This document shows positions 22,296-34,559 of a DNA stretch of 64,000 bases, one piece after another (the stretch's first letter is position 1; each line of letters begins with the position of its first letter). This DNA is from Vicugna vicugna (lineage: Eukaryota): positions 8,183,260-8,247,259 of the forward strand of contig MU058844.1 in the NCBI GenBank assembly GCA_013265495.1, read 5' to 3'. Position numbers and translations under genes: made by a program. The notes beneath the pieces are model-generated. The model did no database searches. It saw nothing but the letters and a program-made list of their open reading frames with translations, and was not told the DNA's origin.

Positions 22296-23359
22296 CTAAA
22301 AGGAAAACAGAAAAGAGTGAGTAGGAAATTAGTAGAAAAAAATCTTTCCTGTAATTAAATATTTACAAATAAATGGAACAGAAAGCAACTTACAAAACAT
22401 CCATCTTTGAAGGAACAACCCCTACCCTGGAAGTAGAAATCTAATCGATGAGACTCCATTAATGCTAGAACTATGACACGTAACATCCTAATAATGAGGC
22501 TATTTTGTTTAATTGCTATGCTAGGTAAAACTGCTAAAAGATCCTTACTATTCTTGATCCCAGTACAACCCATACTTGCAAGTATACACTTTCTGAACAA
22601 CAGAGATACTAATCATAAGCTTATCCTGGCAGGTTTTACAACGTACAGCTGTGCCCTGAATAGTAGGTTTCTAAATTACACTAAATGTGAGTTATATCTG
22701 AAAGGCTTATCATATGAAATACTCTTATTTGCTGTCTTCTATGTATGAATGCATGAGAATATTCTATTTAGTAGATCCCATTTGATACGGGACATCTCCC
22801 GTCTAAATCCTTCCGTATTTCCCCATCGGCAAGGTTACCTAGTAAGCCCATCAGCATCTGGTTCTGGCCAACCTTTCCCACCTCAGCTCCCACCACTACT
22901 AACACCATCTCCAGCACTGAAACCACTTCCAACTTCCTACACTTTCCACCTTTGCCTTTGCCCACTTTATGCCCTCTGTCTGGAATGTCCTTTTCAGCCA
23001 CGTTGTTCGCCCGGAGAGCCACTGAGCCTTGAAGTGTCAGGCTGTGCAAGAATTCTTAATTGACTGACAATCACAATAAAAGGAACTCTCCAATTTAATA
23101 CTTAGCAGGCCTTACTTCAAAATTCTTCAGAAGGATGAAGGTAAAGAAGAAAAAAGACTTTGGATGGACCTAGAATGCTCAGTATTTAATATGCCCATCA
23201 CAGCTCTCTGGGCGTGACTGGGGGATAATGACACATTACAGTCTCACTGCTCTTAAACTATGTAGAATATCGTCAGGGTGGTAAGACTATTAAACATAAA
23301 TTAGTAGACACTAATGAACTTGACCAAAAAAAGAGACTGGAATAAAAATGATAAAGACT

Positions 23360-23545
23360 TATAGAGCATTTTACAGTTTATACTGTAATTTTCCTCTATT
23401 ACCAAATTTAATCCTTGTATCTGGATGAAGAAATGTTTTATACTATACCCAACTTACTAAAAAGAAAATTGAGTCACAAGTTTATACAACGCTTTTTAAG
23501 ATAGGTCTAAGATAGGTCTGGAACATGCTTCTAGGACATTACTAT
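23360..23545 (-). mobile_element. MIR fragment (old)
   Basis: ttatagagcattttacagttt...tttaatccttg...aagaaaattgagtcaca. Confidence 0.45.
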
Positions 23546-25759
23546 AACTTACTATCACTTTACTTTCTCAACATGGTTCCACCCCATTGAGAAAGCTGAC
23601 AGAGGAAAGAGACCTTTTAAGCTTTGAAGAACAGGAAGGATCTGACAGGGAGTAGGGAAGAAAATAGCTAAGATTTTCACTAGAAAACAACAACAATAGT
23701 ATGAACATCAACAATTGTGGAGATGGTGAAGAGAGAAATCTGCAAGAGTGTAGCATTCAGCTGGGGAGGCAGCACATGGAGATGCAAAGCCAAGAAAAGG
23801 CATTTGGAATGAGATCGTATACAAGTCTGCAATGAAGAGTCTGCAAACAAGGCAACATCAGATTTAAAGCATTTAAGGAAGACTTTTTAAAATAAGTCTC
23901 CAGAATGTTTTACTGGGAAAAACCTCACCAGGATTCAATATAAATTTAACAGTTTAACTGCTGGAGGAACTTGGACATAGACAAATAAAAGAGTGGAACA
24001 TTGTGACTCCCTTGGAAAGATGGCCACAAAACAGAAAATAAATGCATCCTCTAATGAGTTCTTTCAGAAATTACACAGTACGGAAAGAGGAAATCATTCT
24101 TGGTATGTTTCACTTTGATTCCTTTGTTTCACTGCCATATTATATCAACAGAAATGTTTTAAACAGAAAAACATATTTCACCTATCTTAATAATCAACCA
24201 AGTGGTATACTGAGTGTTACAATAGGAGAACCATAAGTGCCCCTTTTCCTAAGAAAATCTGAGTTCGTGCGTGTTGTTCTGGTGTCATTATTAGGTATGT
24301 GCCCTTTCACTCTCAAAACCTAGCTTAGACAATAGATGATAAAGTCATTCTATCTGTAACACACTACAATGAACAGAGCAATCTCAAGGTTGTGACCAGA
24401 GACATCAACGTTACATAACCTGAAGCATCGCCATTCTCAGAGATCTATGAACCTGGCAACACCAGAGCTGTGTGACACAGAGGAAGAGGGGCCATGAGAT
24501 CAAAGTATGTTGGCCAGCTCCCACTCTCAGAACAGTTCAACATACACTTTTTAAAGCTTATTTAACATGACACACGTTTACCTGGCAGATTTTAATATCC
24601 AAACTAAATCCCCAGCAGGAAAGGAACAGAAATAAAATGTGCAGGTGACCCCAAATCCAGCACACACCCGAAGTGGAAACAGGATGCTGTGCAAGCACTC
24701 CCTGGGGACTAGTGTCATTACCACACCATCAGGTAACGACCAGGCACCATCAAGAAGACCTACATTGGCCCTTTCCTCTCTGCTCTACATTGCATTACGT
24801 TTAGCGTGCGTTATGTTAAAAAAAAATTATATATATATATACACACACACAAAAAGCAGGCGCTATTGGAAATGATAACATGAATAAGTCAAGACATTCC
24901 TAACATACATTAGCTCATATTGATATTTACATATGTATCCCTGGAAACTCAATATTTCAATTCAATGGGATACTCTACACAGATACATACTTTTCTTGAT
25001 AAAACCAGACATGGGGTTTTATGCACATACATACAGACACCCATTTCCAGTTTTTTTTCCCCCTAAATTATGTTTCTTCTTAGGAGGAAAGAACACAATT
25101 CTCTCAACGAAAAATCTGCCAAGCCCCCAACTAGAGGCTAAAGAAACTGAAAGATTATAATAAATGTGTCAGAGAAACAGCAAATCAAGCATAAAGGGAA
25201 AATGGGCTGGGTTTTGTCTCCTTCCACAAGATATGACTTGGTACATTTACATTCCCTACCACAGTGCTCTTGAAAAAGGCAGAAATATGAGCATCATTAT
25301 ATATCACTGGCTTTTATGGCTACTAGAGACTAAGGCTGGGCTCCAGCAGAACATTTTTATTCTCCAGGAAAAATATTTTTCTTTTCGAGATGGTGAAAAA
25401 GTTCAGTGACCGTTCTTAGTTACCTAGACCTCCATGTGCTTCATGGAGCCTCGCATCAGCTCTAATTACTTTCCACACCCTCAACTTTCCCTTCTTTTTC
25501 ACCTTTCCCATGGTTTACTCTGAGGCCAGCACCCATGGCTCCTGAGTATGGGATTCCTGTTTTATCTCCTTATTTCATGCAGTCCCTAAAAAATAGGCAG
25601 CCTGGCTTTCATTTTCCCCTTATGGTTAAATTAATATTATTAGTGGCAAAATCAACCTGAAAATAAAATCCTATTTACTAATAGCATTTTGGTGTCAATT
25701 TTAACCAATGGCAATCTTCACGATGTATTTGAAAGCTGATGGAAATCAAGTGGTTGGTT

Positions 25760-26185
25760 TGTGGCAGAAGCAACACGCTGTTCCTGACGTACTCCTCCCC
25801 TTATTTCCGTGGAGTAGAACCCCCAGTTGGGCGGAGGACAGGAATGCTCAAAATACTCCCTGGTAGCTAGCTGTGCCCCCGTGATTAAACTCTAGCAGAT
25901 GGGGCCCAGCACAGTGGAGAAGGACGATCTCCAGGTTCTGCCTTTGGAGGAAAGTCGCCCCACTCACTCCCTCCTCCCCAGGACTGCCTGGAATAGAGAC
26001 ACAGTGCTGGAAGGCACCACAGCCGTCTAAGACATGAGATGGGAGCCCAGTCCTGAGGATGGATTGAAGGATCTCTCAGCCCTAGTCGGGAATTTTTATG
26101 TGTGAGAGAAACAAACTTCTGTCACACTGAGGTCACTTTTATTTTGGCTTTTAAAAAAAAAAAAAAACAGCAGTATCAACCTATA
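25760..26185 (+). mobile_element. MaLR LTR (MLT1J-like)
   Basis: tgtggcaga start; ctagctgtgcccccgtgattaaactctagc; ctgcctggaat; ttttatgtgtgagagaaacaaacttctgt. Confidence 0.65.
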
Positions 26186-26444
26186 AATGGATGACTAAAT
26201 CAGTTCTTCATGTCTCTTCACTGTTCTTCCTTTCAAGGTAAAATAATAGAGGAAAAAGGTAAAGAAATTCCTGATGAATGAGAGATTTTTCCTAATCACC
26301 GGCAGGACAATATCAATTATGAAAAATGTCCAGTTCTCACAATTAAAAAATACATTTACATAGTCAGACCACATCAAGGGATTATGCTCTTCATTCTGAC
26401 ACAGAAAAATCTTCCCTAAAATTCTCATCTCTGAACCTGCCGGC

Positions 26445-26460
26445 GGGGGGGTGGGGTGGG
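26445..26460 (+). other. G-quadruplex motif
   Basis: GGGGGGG-T-GGGG-T-GGG. Confidence 0.45.
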
Positions 26461-27324
26461 TAGGTAACATCTGCTTTAAGAAAATGGAAAAAGGAAAACA
26501 AAACAAAAAACAAAAAGGGGCCACCTCAGGGCTCCATCGAGCATTAACATCCTGGGTAAAGATATACCCCTCCTCATTTTGCTGTGGATAAATCACATGC
26601 TAGAAAAGTTTTCTTTAGTCTTCAGCACATAAGCTCCTACCTAGGATAACTCCAACAGTCCGAACAATATTAATTATTTATCGCAAATCAACAGATATTT
26701 TACCACAAACTGCAATACAATCAAAAGAATGTTAGGTTGAGCAGTAACAAATCACCATCAAGCTCTTGACTGTACATAATTTGAAACAAGGCTCTAAAAC
26801 TGCCAGAAAGACATAGAAGCTGGTAGTCCCCGGTGACAAGCACAATAACTAACTGAGGAATAACTGTGAGGGGAAGAGTGTGGGAGAAAGTTTAGAAACA
26901 GCAAAGCGACATATAACATTTTCACTTGGGCTCAATTTTCCCATCAAAAAAAAAACCCAAAAAAACCCCAATATGGCATATAAATTATAGGAAGAAAAAC
27001 TCTAAACTACATATACATCAAAATACCAGACCACTTTTAAAATGAAACAAAAACAACACCTTCTTTTAAATCTTTGTCAAGAAAGAAATAAAAACAATTT
27101 TTTTAAAGTAGTGAGTAATTATCCTGCCTCTTTCTTGCACACATGGGAAAGATAGCCTCTCCTATGCCAACGTCACTTTCAACAGCTGAATAATCCCACG
27201 GATCATTTATGAAAACAAGGACCCAGTAAAGAATTTGAATACTTGTAAAATCCCAGAATTTCTTGGGGAATTAGCATTATCTGGCTTAGCTTTTGACTCC
27301 AGAGGAAAAAGAATTTAATTTATT

Positions 27325-27345
27325 TGAGGGTGGGGAGGGTGGGGA
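27325..27345 (+). other. G-quadruplex motif (c-MYC Myc2345-like)
   Basis: TGAGGGTGGGGAGGGTGGGGA has four G-tracts with 1-nt linkers. Confidence 0.75.
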
Positions 27346-27454
27346 CAGGAAATACTTGAAATTAACTACTCACTGTTCACCTGAACAGAAGTCAATATTT
27401 TCTACCTCCTGCAATGATGTGAACTACTTCCTGTGTCTACCAGCAGGAGACAGT

Positions 27455-27641
27455 AGACCTGTCAGGAGAACTTTCTGCAATAATGGAAATGTCTTGCAGT
27501 ATATAAGCCACTAGTCAAGAGAGTTTGCTGACCTCTAGAAATGTGGCTAGTGCAAATGAGGACTGAATTTCTTATTTTATTTTAATTAATTTTAATTGGC
27601 ACGTTTGGCTAGTGGCTACCACACTGGAAACACAGGTCTAG
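27455..27641. mobile_element. MER3-like hAT-Charlie DNA transposon
   Basis: agaactttctgcaataatggaaatgt...gaaatgtggctagtgc...tggctagtggctacc. The ends tagacctgt and acaggtcta are inverted. Confidence 0.75.
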
Positions 27642-28048
27642 ACGGTACTCCAGTTCTTTCAAGCCTCCACTCAAATGCTATCACCTCTAAGAGATATTTA
27701 AAGATACAGCCTAGAAGTTAGAAGTTTCCTCTGGTATGCCACAACAATTAAAAAATACATGAGGAAGTTGCATAGAGGTTAGGTCAGCATATAAAGCAAA
27801 AATTTTGTTTAATCAGAATGACTCAAGAATCTCTTATAAAGAACACCAGTAATTCCTAAGTCAAGTCTAGCCAAGTTTTCTTCCAAGTTAGAAATATATT
27901 CCTGATTGTTCAAACAACAAGTGCAGTAGCAGATTTACATTTAAGGGCCACGATATACGAAAAATTCACATCTAAATATCCAATTGGACAGCAGCAGAGT
28001 CGGAGGGACACAATATAAACAAGACTAATGGTGGGAATCATACTTACT

Positions 28049-28329
28049 TTTTTTTTTTAGATTGAAATATAGTCAGTTTACAATGTTGTGTCAATTTCTG
28101 GTGTACAGCACAATGCGTCAGTCATATATATAAATATACTGGTTTTCAAATTATTTTTCATTATAGTTTACTACAAGATACTGAATATAGTTCCCTGTGC
28201 TATACAGTAGAAACTTTTTATCTATTTTATATACAGTAGTAAAGATCTGCAAATCTTGAACTCCCAATTTATCCCTTTCCACTCCCTTCCCTGCAGTAAC
28301 CATAAGTTTGTTGTCTATGTCTGTGAGTC
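28049..28329 (-). mobile_element. 5'-truncated L1 3' end with a degenerate TSD
   Basis: Poly-T plus reverse L1 3' UTR. TSD TGGTGGGAATCATACTTACT 28029-28048 versus TGGTAGGAACCACACTTATT 28330-28349 (16/20). Confidence 0.9.
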
Positions 28330-28724
28330 TGGTAGGAACCACACTTATTCTGCTAAAAACATGAAGGCAGCACAGGGGAACTCATGCAATAGTACTCTTC
28401 CTCTTTCCTCATCTACTGCTACGCCACCAGCCTCGCTTACCTATCTTTCTTTCTTAACTACTTACTTCTTTTCCAGCCTCACTCTTCTGCATCCATCTGA
28501 GATATTTCAATTCATGTAAATGGAACGATGGAATTCTACCAAAATAGTCCTTATCATTTTCTACTGTTCATTATTTATGTATAACCTCTCTCTCCTACTC
28601 AACTATTTATCTTTGTCTTACCCATGCCAGTATAATTTGTATTGTCATCAAATGCAAAAGCATTGCATGTAAGCCACACCATTATTTGTTTTTATTTATA
28701 ATAAAAGTAAGGGCTGATTTAAAA

Positions 28725-29035
28725 GCAAGGGTACTGAACTCCTAAGCCTTCAATGGCCAAGCAGGTTTAAGGAAAAAGAAAGGTGCTCTGTCTAACATGT
28801 GACAGTCATTACCCAGTCCTGCTGGTGATGCCATATGGTGATGTGAGGCCAGGGTTGCCAGCTCTTTCAAGTTTTCAAGGGAAGCCAGAAACTCAGGTGT
28901 TTATTTGAAACCCAATTTATAAAGGCTTAACTTATTTAATGAAAAGGAGAAAAAACAAAATAAAACAAAAAGGTACTGACTGTATCAAACAAATGTCTTC
29001 TGGAAAGATCCTGAAGGGCATCATATCTGATCTCT
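28725..29035. mobile_element. MER103C-like hAT fragment
   Basis: ggccagggttgccagctctttcaagttttcaagggaagccagaaa resembles the MER103C core. Confidence 0.55.
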
Positions 29036-30108
29036 GCCCAAAGGAGAAGCTCTAGGCAAATTTCCTCTTGCATTTAAACTCGTTACTGTACACCAGCAAA
29101 AAATACTTTGGTGAACAAGACATTTAAGTTATTTGTTCTGGAACACTTGGGTTTTGAGAGTAGACAGGTAATAAACAAGAAAACAAATTAATAAGGCAAT
29201 GTTAGATCATTATAAAGGCTACACCTGCAGTCGGGCAGAGAGATTAGATTAGAGAGGGATGGGCTCATGTAGATTAAGTACTTAGGAGCAAATCAAATCA
29301 ATCCCCACTTGGCTCTTCTTGTACAAATGAAAAAATTATCTCAAGGGAAGGCTCAGGGGTGGCTATTCTAAAGGTCAGTGGTTGTGTTTATTTACTTTGC
29401 TTTGAGGATTAACACATCCTCTCTTTTGTAGGCGAACCTCAGTGGAAGAAAGTCATTGAATTCTCAGCAGAAGAATCCTGCTGAACTAGTAAGAGGACTC
29501 AGTTCTTCCAACATCGTGTAATACAGTAAAACTCTATCTGAAAATCTGAAACCCTAAATCTTTCAGATACCCTTATAAACAATGGGCCAAGAGCTACTAG
29601 AAGCAAATCAACTCATCAAACACATGTTTAAGAAATGTAATTGCCTAACCATTTACTCCAATCATAATGTATTAAATGGGATACTAAATTTCACAGGCTG
29701 GAGGGCTTATGACTTCCTAGGCAAACCCAGGTAAAAGTCACAGTCTGCCTTGCAGTTACGCATTTTATTAAGGGTATAGCAATATATTATTCAAGGATAC
29801 TTCGATTTGAATGGGATTTCATATCCACACAATTAATCTCTACTAGTAGAATTTTATACTTAGGGTAATGTATCTAATTTTCAATAAAAAGTCAGAATGC
29901 AGGCATCTTGGTTTTTCAGATTTTTGAGAGGACTATATTAAAAGAAAACAAAACTCAGCTAGTCCATGAAAAGTAAGTATTCTGACATCGCTTTTCACGT
30001 TTATGCTTCAGAAACACCCAGGGAAGATGATGGCTTGAACATGTGCAACTTTGAGGCTATCATCATAAGTGTTTGGTGGTTGCACTTAACCTCTTCAGCT
30101 GATGCTGC

Positions 30109-30719
30109 TAAGACAGCAGGAAAGGGGGCAGGGCAAAGCCACTCAAGGAAGGACAGCAACCAAAATGGTGGAAGATTCACCTCCTAGTTGGCCTTGAGGA
30201 TTAAGAGGTTTAACTTCTAGCAGAACTTAAGCTTCATTATATGCTCATTGTAACAGCGTGATCAAATAACATGCCCACAGGTGCCATGAGAGCCCCAAGG
30301 CTAACCGCAAAAGGCCAAAGAATGGGCAGTGGCCCAATTCCTGGGAATCTCAGCAGTTGGATTGATCCCACCTGTAGGCACCTGAAGCTACTGAGACCAT
30401 AAAAAGTGACAGCAACCTAGGGGCCCTTTTTGCTCTCTCCCCTTTGGAGATGGCCCGTACTCTGTCTATGGAGTGTGTACCTGCTTTTACTTTAACCTGA
30501 GCACCCAATTCCCACACCTCTTTCCTTGCCTTTCTTTTGCCTTACACTCTATGCAGTGTGTATCTCTCTAAATAAATCTACCTTTACTCAACGGTGGCTC
30601 ACACTGGAATTCTTTCCTGCACAAAGCCAAAGACTCACACTTGGCAGGGCACATCCCAGAGGCTCAGCCGAGACCTGGGACCGGCCCTCCTCAGGCCCCA
30701 TATCCGTTTTCCTGCATCA
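30109..30719 (+). mobile_element. ERV1-class solo LTR (MER41-like, cetartiodactyl type)
   Basis: 4-bp TSD CTGC (30105-30108 and 30720-30723). TA(TG)...CA ends, TATA-like CATAAAAA at about 30398, AATAAA at 30571, and the MER41-like motifs ggcccaattcctgg and gaattctttcctgc. Confidence 0.8.
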
Positions 30720-31036
30720 CTGCTATTAGATTGATATTGCCAGGCCCTCGTGGTCCCTCAACTGGTCCCCAGAGAAAAGGAGGAACTCAGAGGCTGGGCA
30801 AGCTGGGGACAGAGCTGGCTCCGCCCCTGCCTTGCACACTTCGGAGTGCACCCGCCTATAGACACTGTGTATTTTGGTACGTGCTCCTGGCCACACAGCA
30901 GCTAGGCAGATTCTGTCCTTGGAAAAGAAAGTCTCTGTCCAGTGTGTTCATAGCCGGGTGCAGAAGAAGCCTTGTTATGGTACAGTATTAAGACTTCCAA
31001 GTATCACAATCTCTGCCACATTCAAAACAGCTTTAT

Positions 31037-31180
31037 GGGGGGAACGGGTGTGAGAGCGGTGGGTAACAGCTCAGTGGTACAGTGTGTACTTAGTGTGTAT
31101 GAGGTCTTGGGTTCAATTCCCAGTACATCCATAAAAAATTAAAATAAAATAAAAATTAAAAGTACTTTAAAAATTTTTAA
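31037..31180 (+). mobile_element. Vic-1-type camelid SINE
   Basis: Head agctcagtggtacagtg...cttagtgtgtatgaggtcttgggttcaattcccagtac. TSD AAAACAGCTTTAT 31024-31036 versus AAAACCAGCTTTAT 31181-31194. Confidence 0.85.
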
Positions 31181-32199
31181 AAAACCAGCTTTATTAGTCA
31201 TTGAGCAGAGTGTGATCTCCATCTGATTCCTGTATTCTCTCTCAATTGATTCTGACTGTAGACAAAAAAAAAAAAATTTAAGCTCACAAGATCAACCATA
31301 ATAACCAGTAAGTATACAACTCCAGAAAACTGTGTATCATAACACTATAAACTATGGAAGCAGCCATACCAAGATGCCAATAACTTTGAGGGGTTTCTCC
31401 TGAATAAACTGCACATGGAACCTAATTAACAAGACATTAAAGGCCAAAAAAACCTGGCCACACCACCACAAAATACCCCGTGTTGTAGGAATTAAACAAA
31501 GCGTGTCTGGCAGAATTCCCCTAACGCACCTTAACTTGCAGGGTTGGGAGCTGGAAGTGTGGATAGTCCATGGGAGATGGGGCGCACACCATGCAGCATA
31601 GCCCAGAGCAGCTGTGCCCACTATTCACACGGCCTCTACAAGCGAGTGTTGTGGGGCCTTACCCTTCTATCAAGAGCAGAAGTACCAGAAAGGAAGTTAG
31701 ACATGGCCATAGTCCAAACCTGGCCCTGAGGTCACAGCAAAAACACATACTGATAGACGAAACAGCAGAAGGAAAGACAGCAGACACAACACTCCTCTGC
31801 TGGACTCTGTAGAGATCCATCTTCCTCACTGCCCCTCCTTTAACTTCTAGAACCTTCAATCTGTAGTGTTGATTTTTATCAACTAGCTCCCCAGCAGAAG
31901 TTCTCAGAGAAGAAGCCTGGTGGAAATCCTGCAGGACAGGGAGATAAACTCTGGTTCTGAACAGGCCTCTCTGTTTGCAAAGATAATGCCACAGGAGAAA
32001 GAACAGAATGAGACTTTGTAAAGACCTGGCTGAGAAAGGAGCAGGATTTAAAGGTAGCTGGGTTCCTTTAAGCAAACAGTTTACTGAAAGTGAAAATTCA
32101 AGAGCAGAATTTAAACCCTTAAAGATGAAATAAACAGTAGAATCTTTCCTCCCAAGGAAACGGCGAGGAAAAACCACATGAAGGAGGAGGGAAACTGGG

Positions 32200-33830
32200 G
32201 TCTGGCGTATAAACAACAGGAACCAAACTACAATAACCTCAGAAGGGACAGACAGAAGAAAAGGAGGCAAATATCAAAACTTTGTGAGGAAGAAACTTTC
32301 GCAGGCTAACACAAAGCTGACAGACTCAGGACAAGTGGTGATCAACACCAGCAAAATTAATGAAAACTGATCAAAGTCTAGCTATATCTTAGTTCATCTT
32401 TGAGGTATAAGAATTTTTCAATAATCCTAAAAGCATCAAGACAGAAGAATTTTTAAACTACAAAGGAGAAAAAGATCAGACTGGCTTCAAACTTTCCCAG
32501 AAGCTAAGGAAGCAATACAGTAACTCAAAATGAACGTACACAAGTTGTTTGTTCTATTGAAAATAGAAAATAGTAACAGATAGGCAAGGGTCCTTGTATA
32601 TTTGTATATAAAGATGGTATTCACACACAGCTAGAGCCAACAGAAAGAGGAAATAAATAGCTATTGCAAAGGCAAGAGGAAAGAGAATGCAAAAGACCCA
32701 AAAAAATACCTAAAGAAAAAACACAAATACATGAAAATACAAAAATAATAATAATATGCCAAAAATAAACAGAAGAGTGGTAAGAGTAAGCAAATTCGAG
32801 TAAATATCGCCCGTCTTAAAAGAGAGTATCAATGCATCTTATAATAATAATGAAGAGAAAAATATATGTTCACATTCTTTAAAAACTTAAGGTAGATATT
32901 ATTGGAACTAAAAAATAACTTAAATAACTTAAAACATAATCCATCAAGAGCATCAAACTACACAAGAGAAAAAGATAACAAATATTTCAGTCAAGCCAGT
33001 ATATGTAACTTATACTCCTACATTTAAAGATAGTTTCTTAGGAGGAAAAGATAAAATACAAGTGAAGATAAACACATACACACAGAGAAATAAACAGGGG
33101 TGTGTGTGTGTGTAGACAGGGAAGATGGGAGGGAGGAAGGAGACATATACATATATGTAGTCAATTCTGTGGAACAAATGTAAGGACTCTGACATCTACA
33201 TTGGACATTTGACCATTACTAAAATCTGTGCAGTAGGCATCATCCCTAAATTGTAAGTGAAAAATCTGCAAATTAGAGGGGTTTCATGTAGTGAAAAATA
33301 AACTAATAAAAATATGTAAGAAAAGAAAACAAATGCAGAAATGTAACAGGCTAGGAAATATTAATGTCTCATTCTTTTTCCATTTAAACAGGCCAAGGAA
33401 ATGGATACACAGAGAATCTGAATATTACAGTTGATAAGGTTGCTTTAACAAATATGTATGAAGTTCTATGCTCTACAAAAGGTACATCTTTCATTGTTAC
33501 AAAGTACTTTTAAAACTAATCCTGTATCACAGAAAAAAATTTCAGCTCATTTTAAAAAGGAAGTCTTTCATTTATCACAAATTAAAATGTATAAATGACT
33601 AAATTATTACTTTATTAGCTAATAAAAGTAAATCAAAACCAAAAATAGCATTAGAAAAGAATGAGAATATCAACACCTACACGTTATTGCCAAGTAGTAA
33701 TGAGAGGCAATTTTATAAAAAGCTTTCATTTGTAAGCACTATAACATAGAAAAAGTTAAATAACCATTTTTCACTACAGAAGTTAGAAAAAAAAAAACTA
33801 ACAAAGCTATAAAAATTGAGTCACAAGTAT
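32200..33830 (+). mobile_element. Ancient, highly decayed L1 (L1M/L1ME-type ORF1-ORF2 remnants)
   Basis: Very A-rich, with L1-like motifs (acaaaggagaaaaagatcagactggcttcaaactt; agaagttagaaaaa). Boundaries are uncertain. Confidence 0.5.
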
Positions 33831-33853
33831 ATGAAAAAGAGAACCCTGCTGAT

Positions 33854-34535
33854 CAGTAGTTCTCACAACGGCACTGCACTTATAAATTACTTGGGGAAAA
33901 TTACTTAAAATATACAGACTCACCTGCAGGAGACCGTGTCCGGGAACAGCCAGCCTAAACCAGCCCCCCAGTGCAACGGGGAAGAACAAGTCTGACTCCA
34001 TACTGGATTTGTTTCTTTTACTTTAACCTCCTTTTTCTGTTGCTTTTGCTACAAGTTAATCACTAACGGGATGTTGCTTACAGCTTAAAGTATACATAGT
34101 GGTCCATCTCTGGGAACTCTGCCTCTCAAGCCTAAGTGTTAAGCTAAAATACATTTGTTTAAAGTCATAGGAAACATTCTGACCAGGCTCACCTGTGAAC
34201 AGCTGCAGGAAAGGAGAAATTTAACACATTCCCTCCAGAGTCTGGCCAGAACCAGGAAATATTTGCAACAACTTACTGCCATTTTTACTTTACCCCCTCA
34301 CCTCTTTCTCTTTTTTCCGTAAAAGAAATTAGTATCCAAACCCTGGCAAGATGGTTCTTTGGGACACTAGCCCACTATCTTCTCAGTCTGCTGGCCTGCT
34401 GAATAAAGTTGCTACTCCTTGCCCCAACACCTCCTCTCTCAGCTGACTGGCTTGTTGTACAGTAAGCAATATGAACTTAAGACTCGGTAACACCAATGGT
34501 TCTGATGCCTGTGGTCTAAGGACAAGCCTTTGAGA
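33854..34535 (+). mobile_element. MER5A-like hAT element interrupted by an LTR
   Basis: Left piece cagtagttctca...ttacttggggaaaattacttaaaatatacaga; right piece ttctgatgcctgtggtctaaggacaagcctttgaga. Confidence 0.6.
33925..34492 (+). mobile_element. ERV1-class solo LTR (MER34/MER39-like)
   Basis: TG start (exact 5' end uncertain), AATAAA at about 34402, tccttgccccaacacctc, and terminal ctcggtaaca. Confidence 0.75.
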
Positions 34536-34559
34536 CTCTGAGAATACGTTTTATACCCA

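Noticed and set aside
23497..23519. Short direct repeats (TAAGATAGGTC x2; also AACTCTTGGTAT x2 near 40700 and TTAGGCTTAGCC x2 near 55702)
   Set aside because: Two-copy micro-duplications typical of replication slippage, with no array or spacer structure, so not CRISPR-like.
29421..29495. Plus-strand exon-like segment (ctcttttgtag|...|gtaaga)
   Set aside because: Weak donor context, opposite to the presumed transcription direction, and no partner exons.
31659..32270. Longest ORF in the track (203 aa, minus)
   Set aside because: Non-ATG start, L/F/S-rich composition typical of the antisense of A-rich DNA, no recognisable domain, and adjacent to decayed L1.
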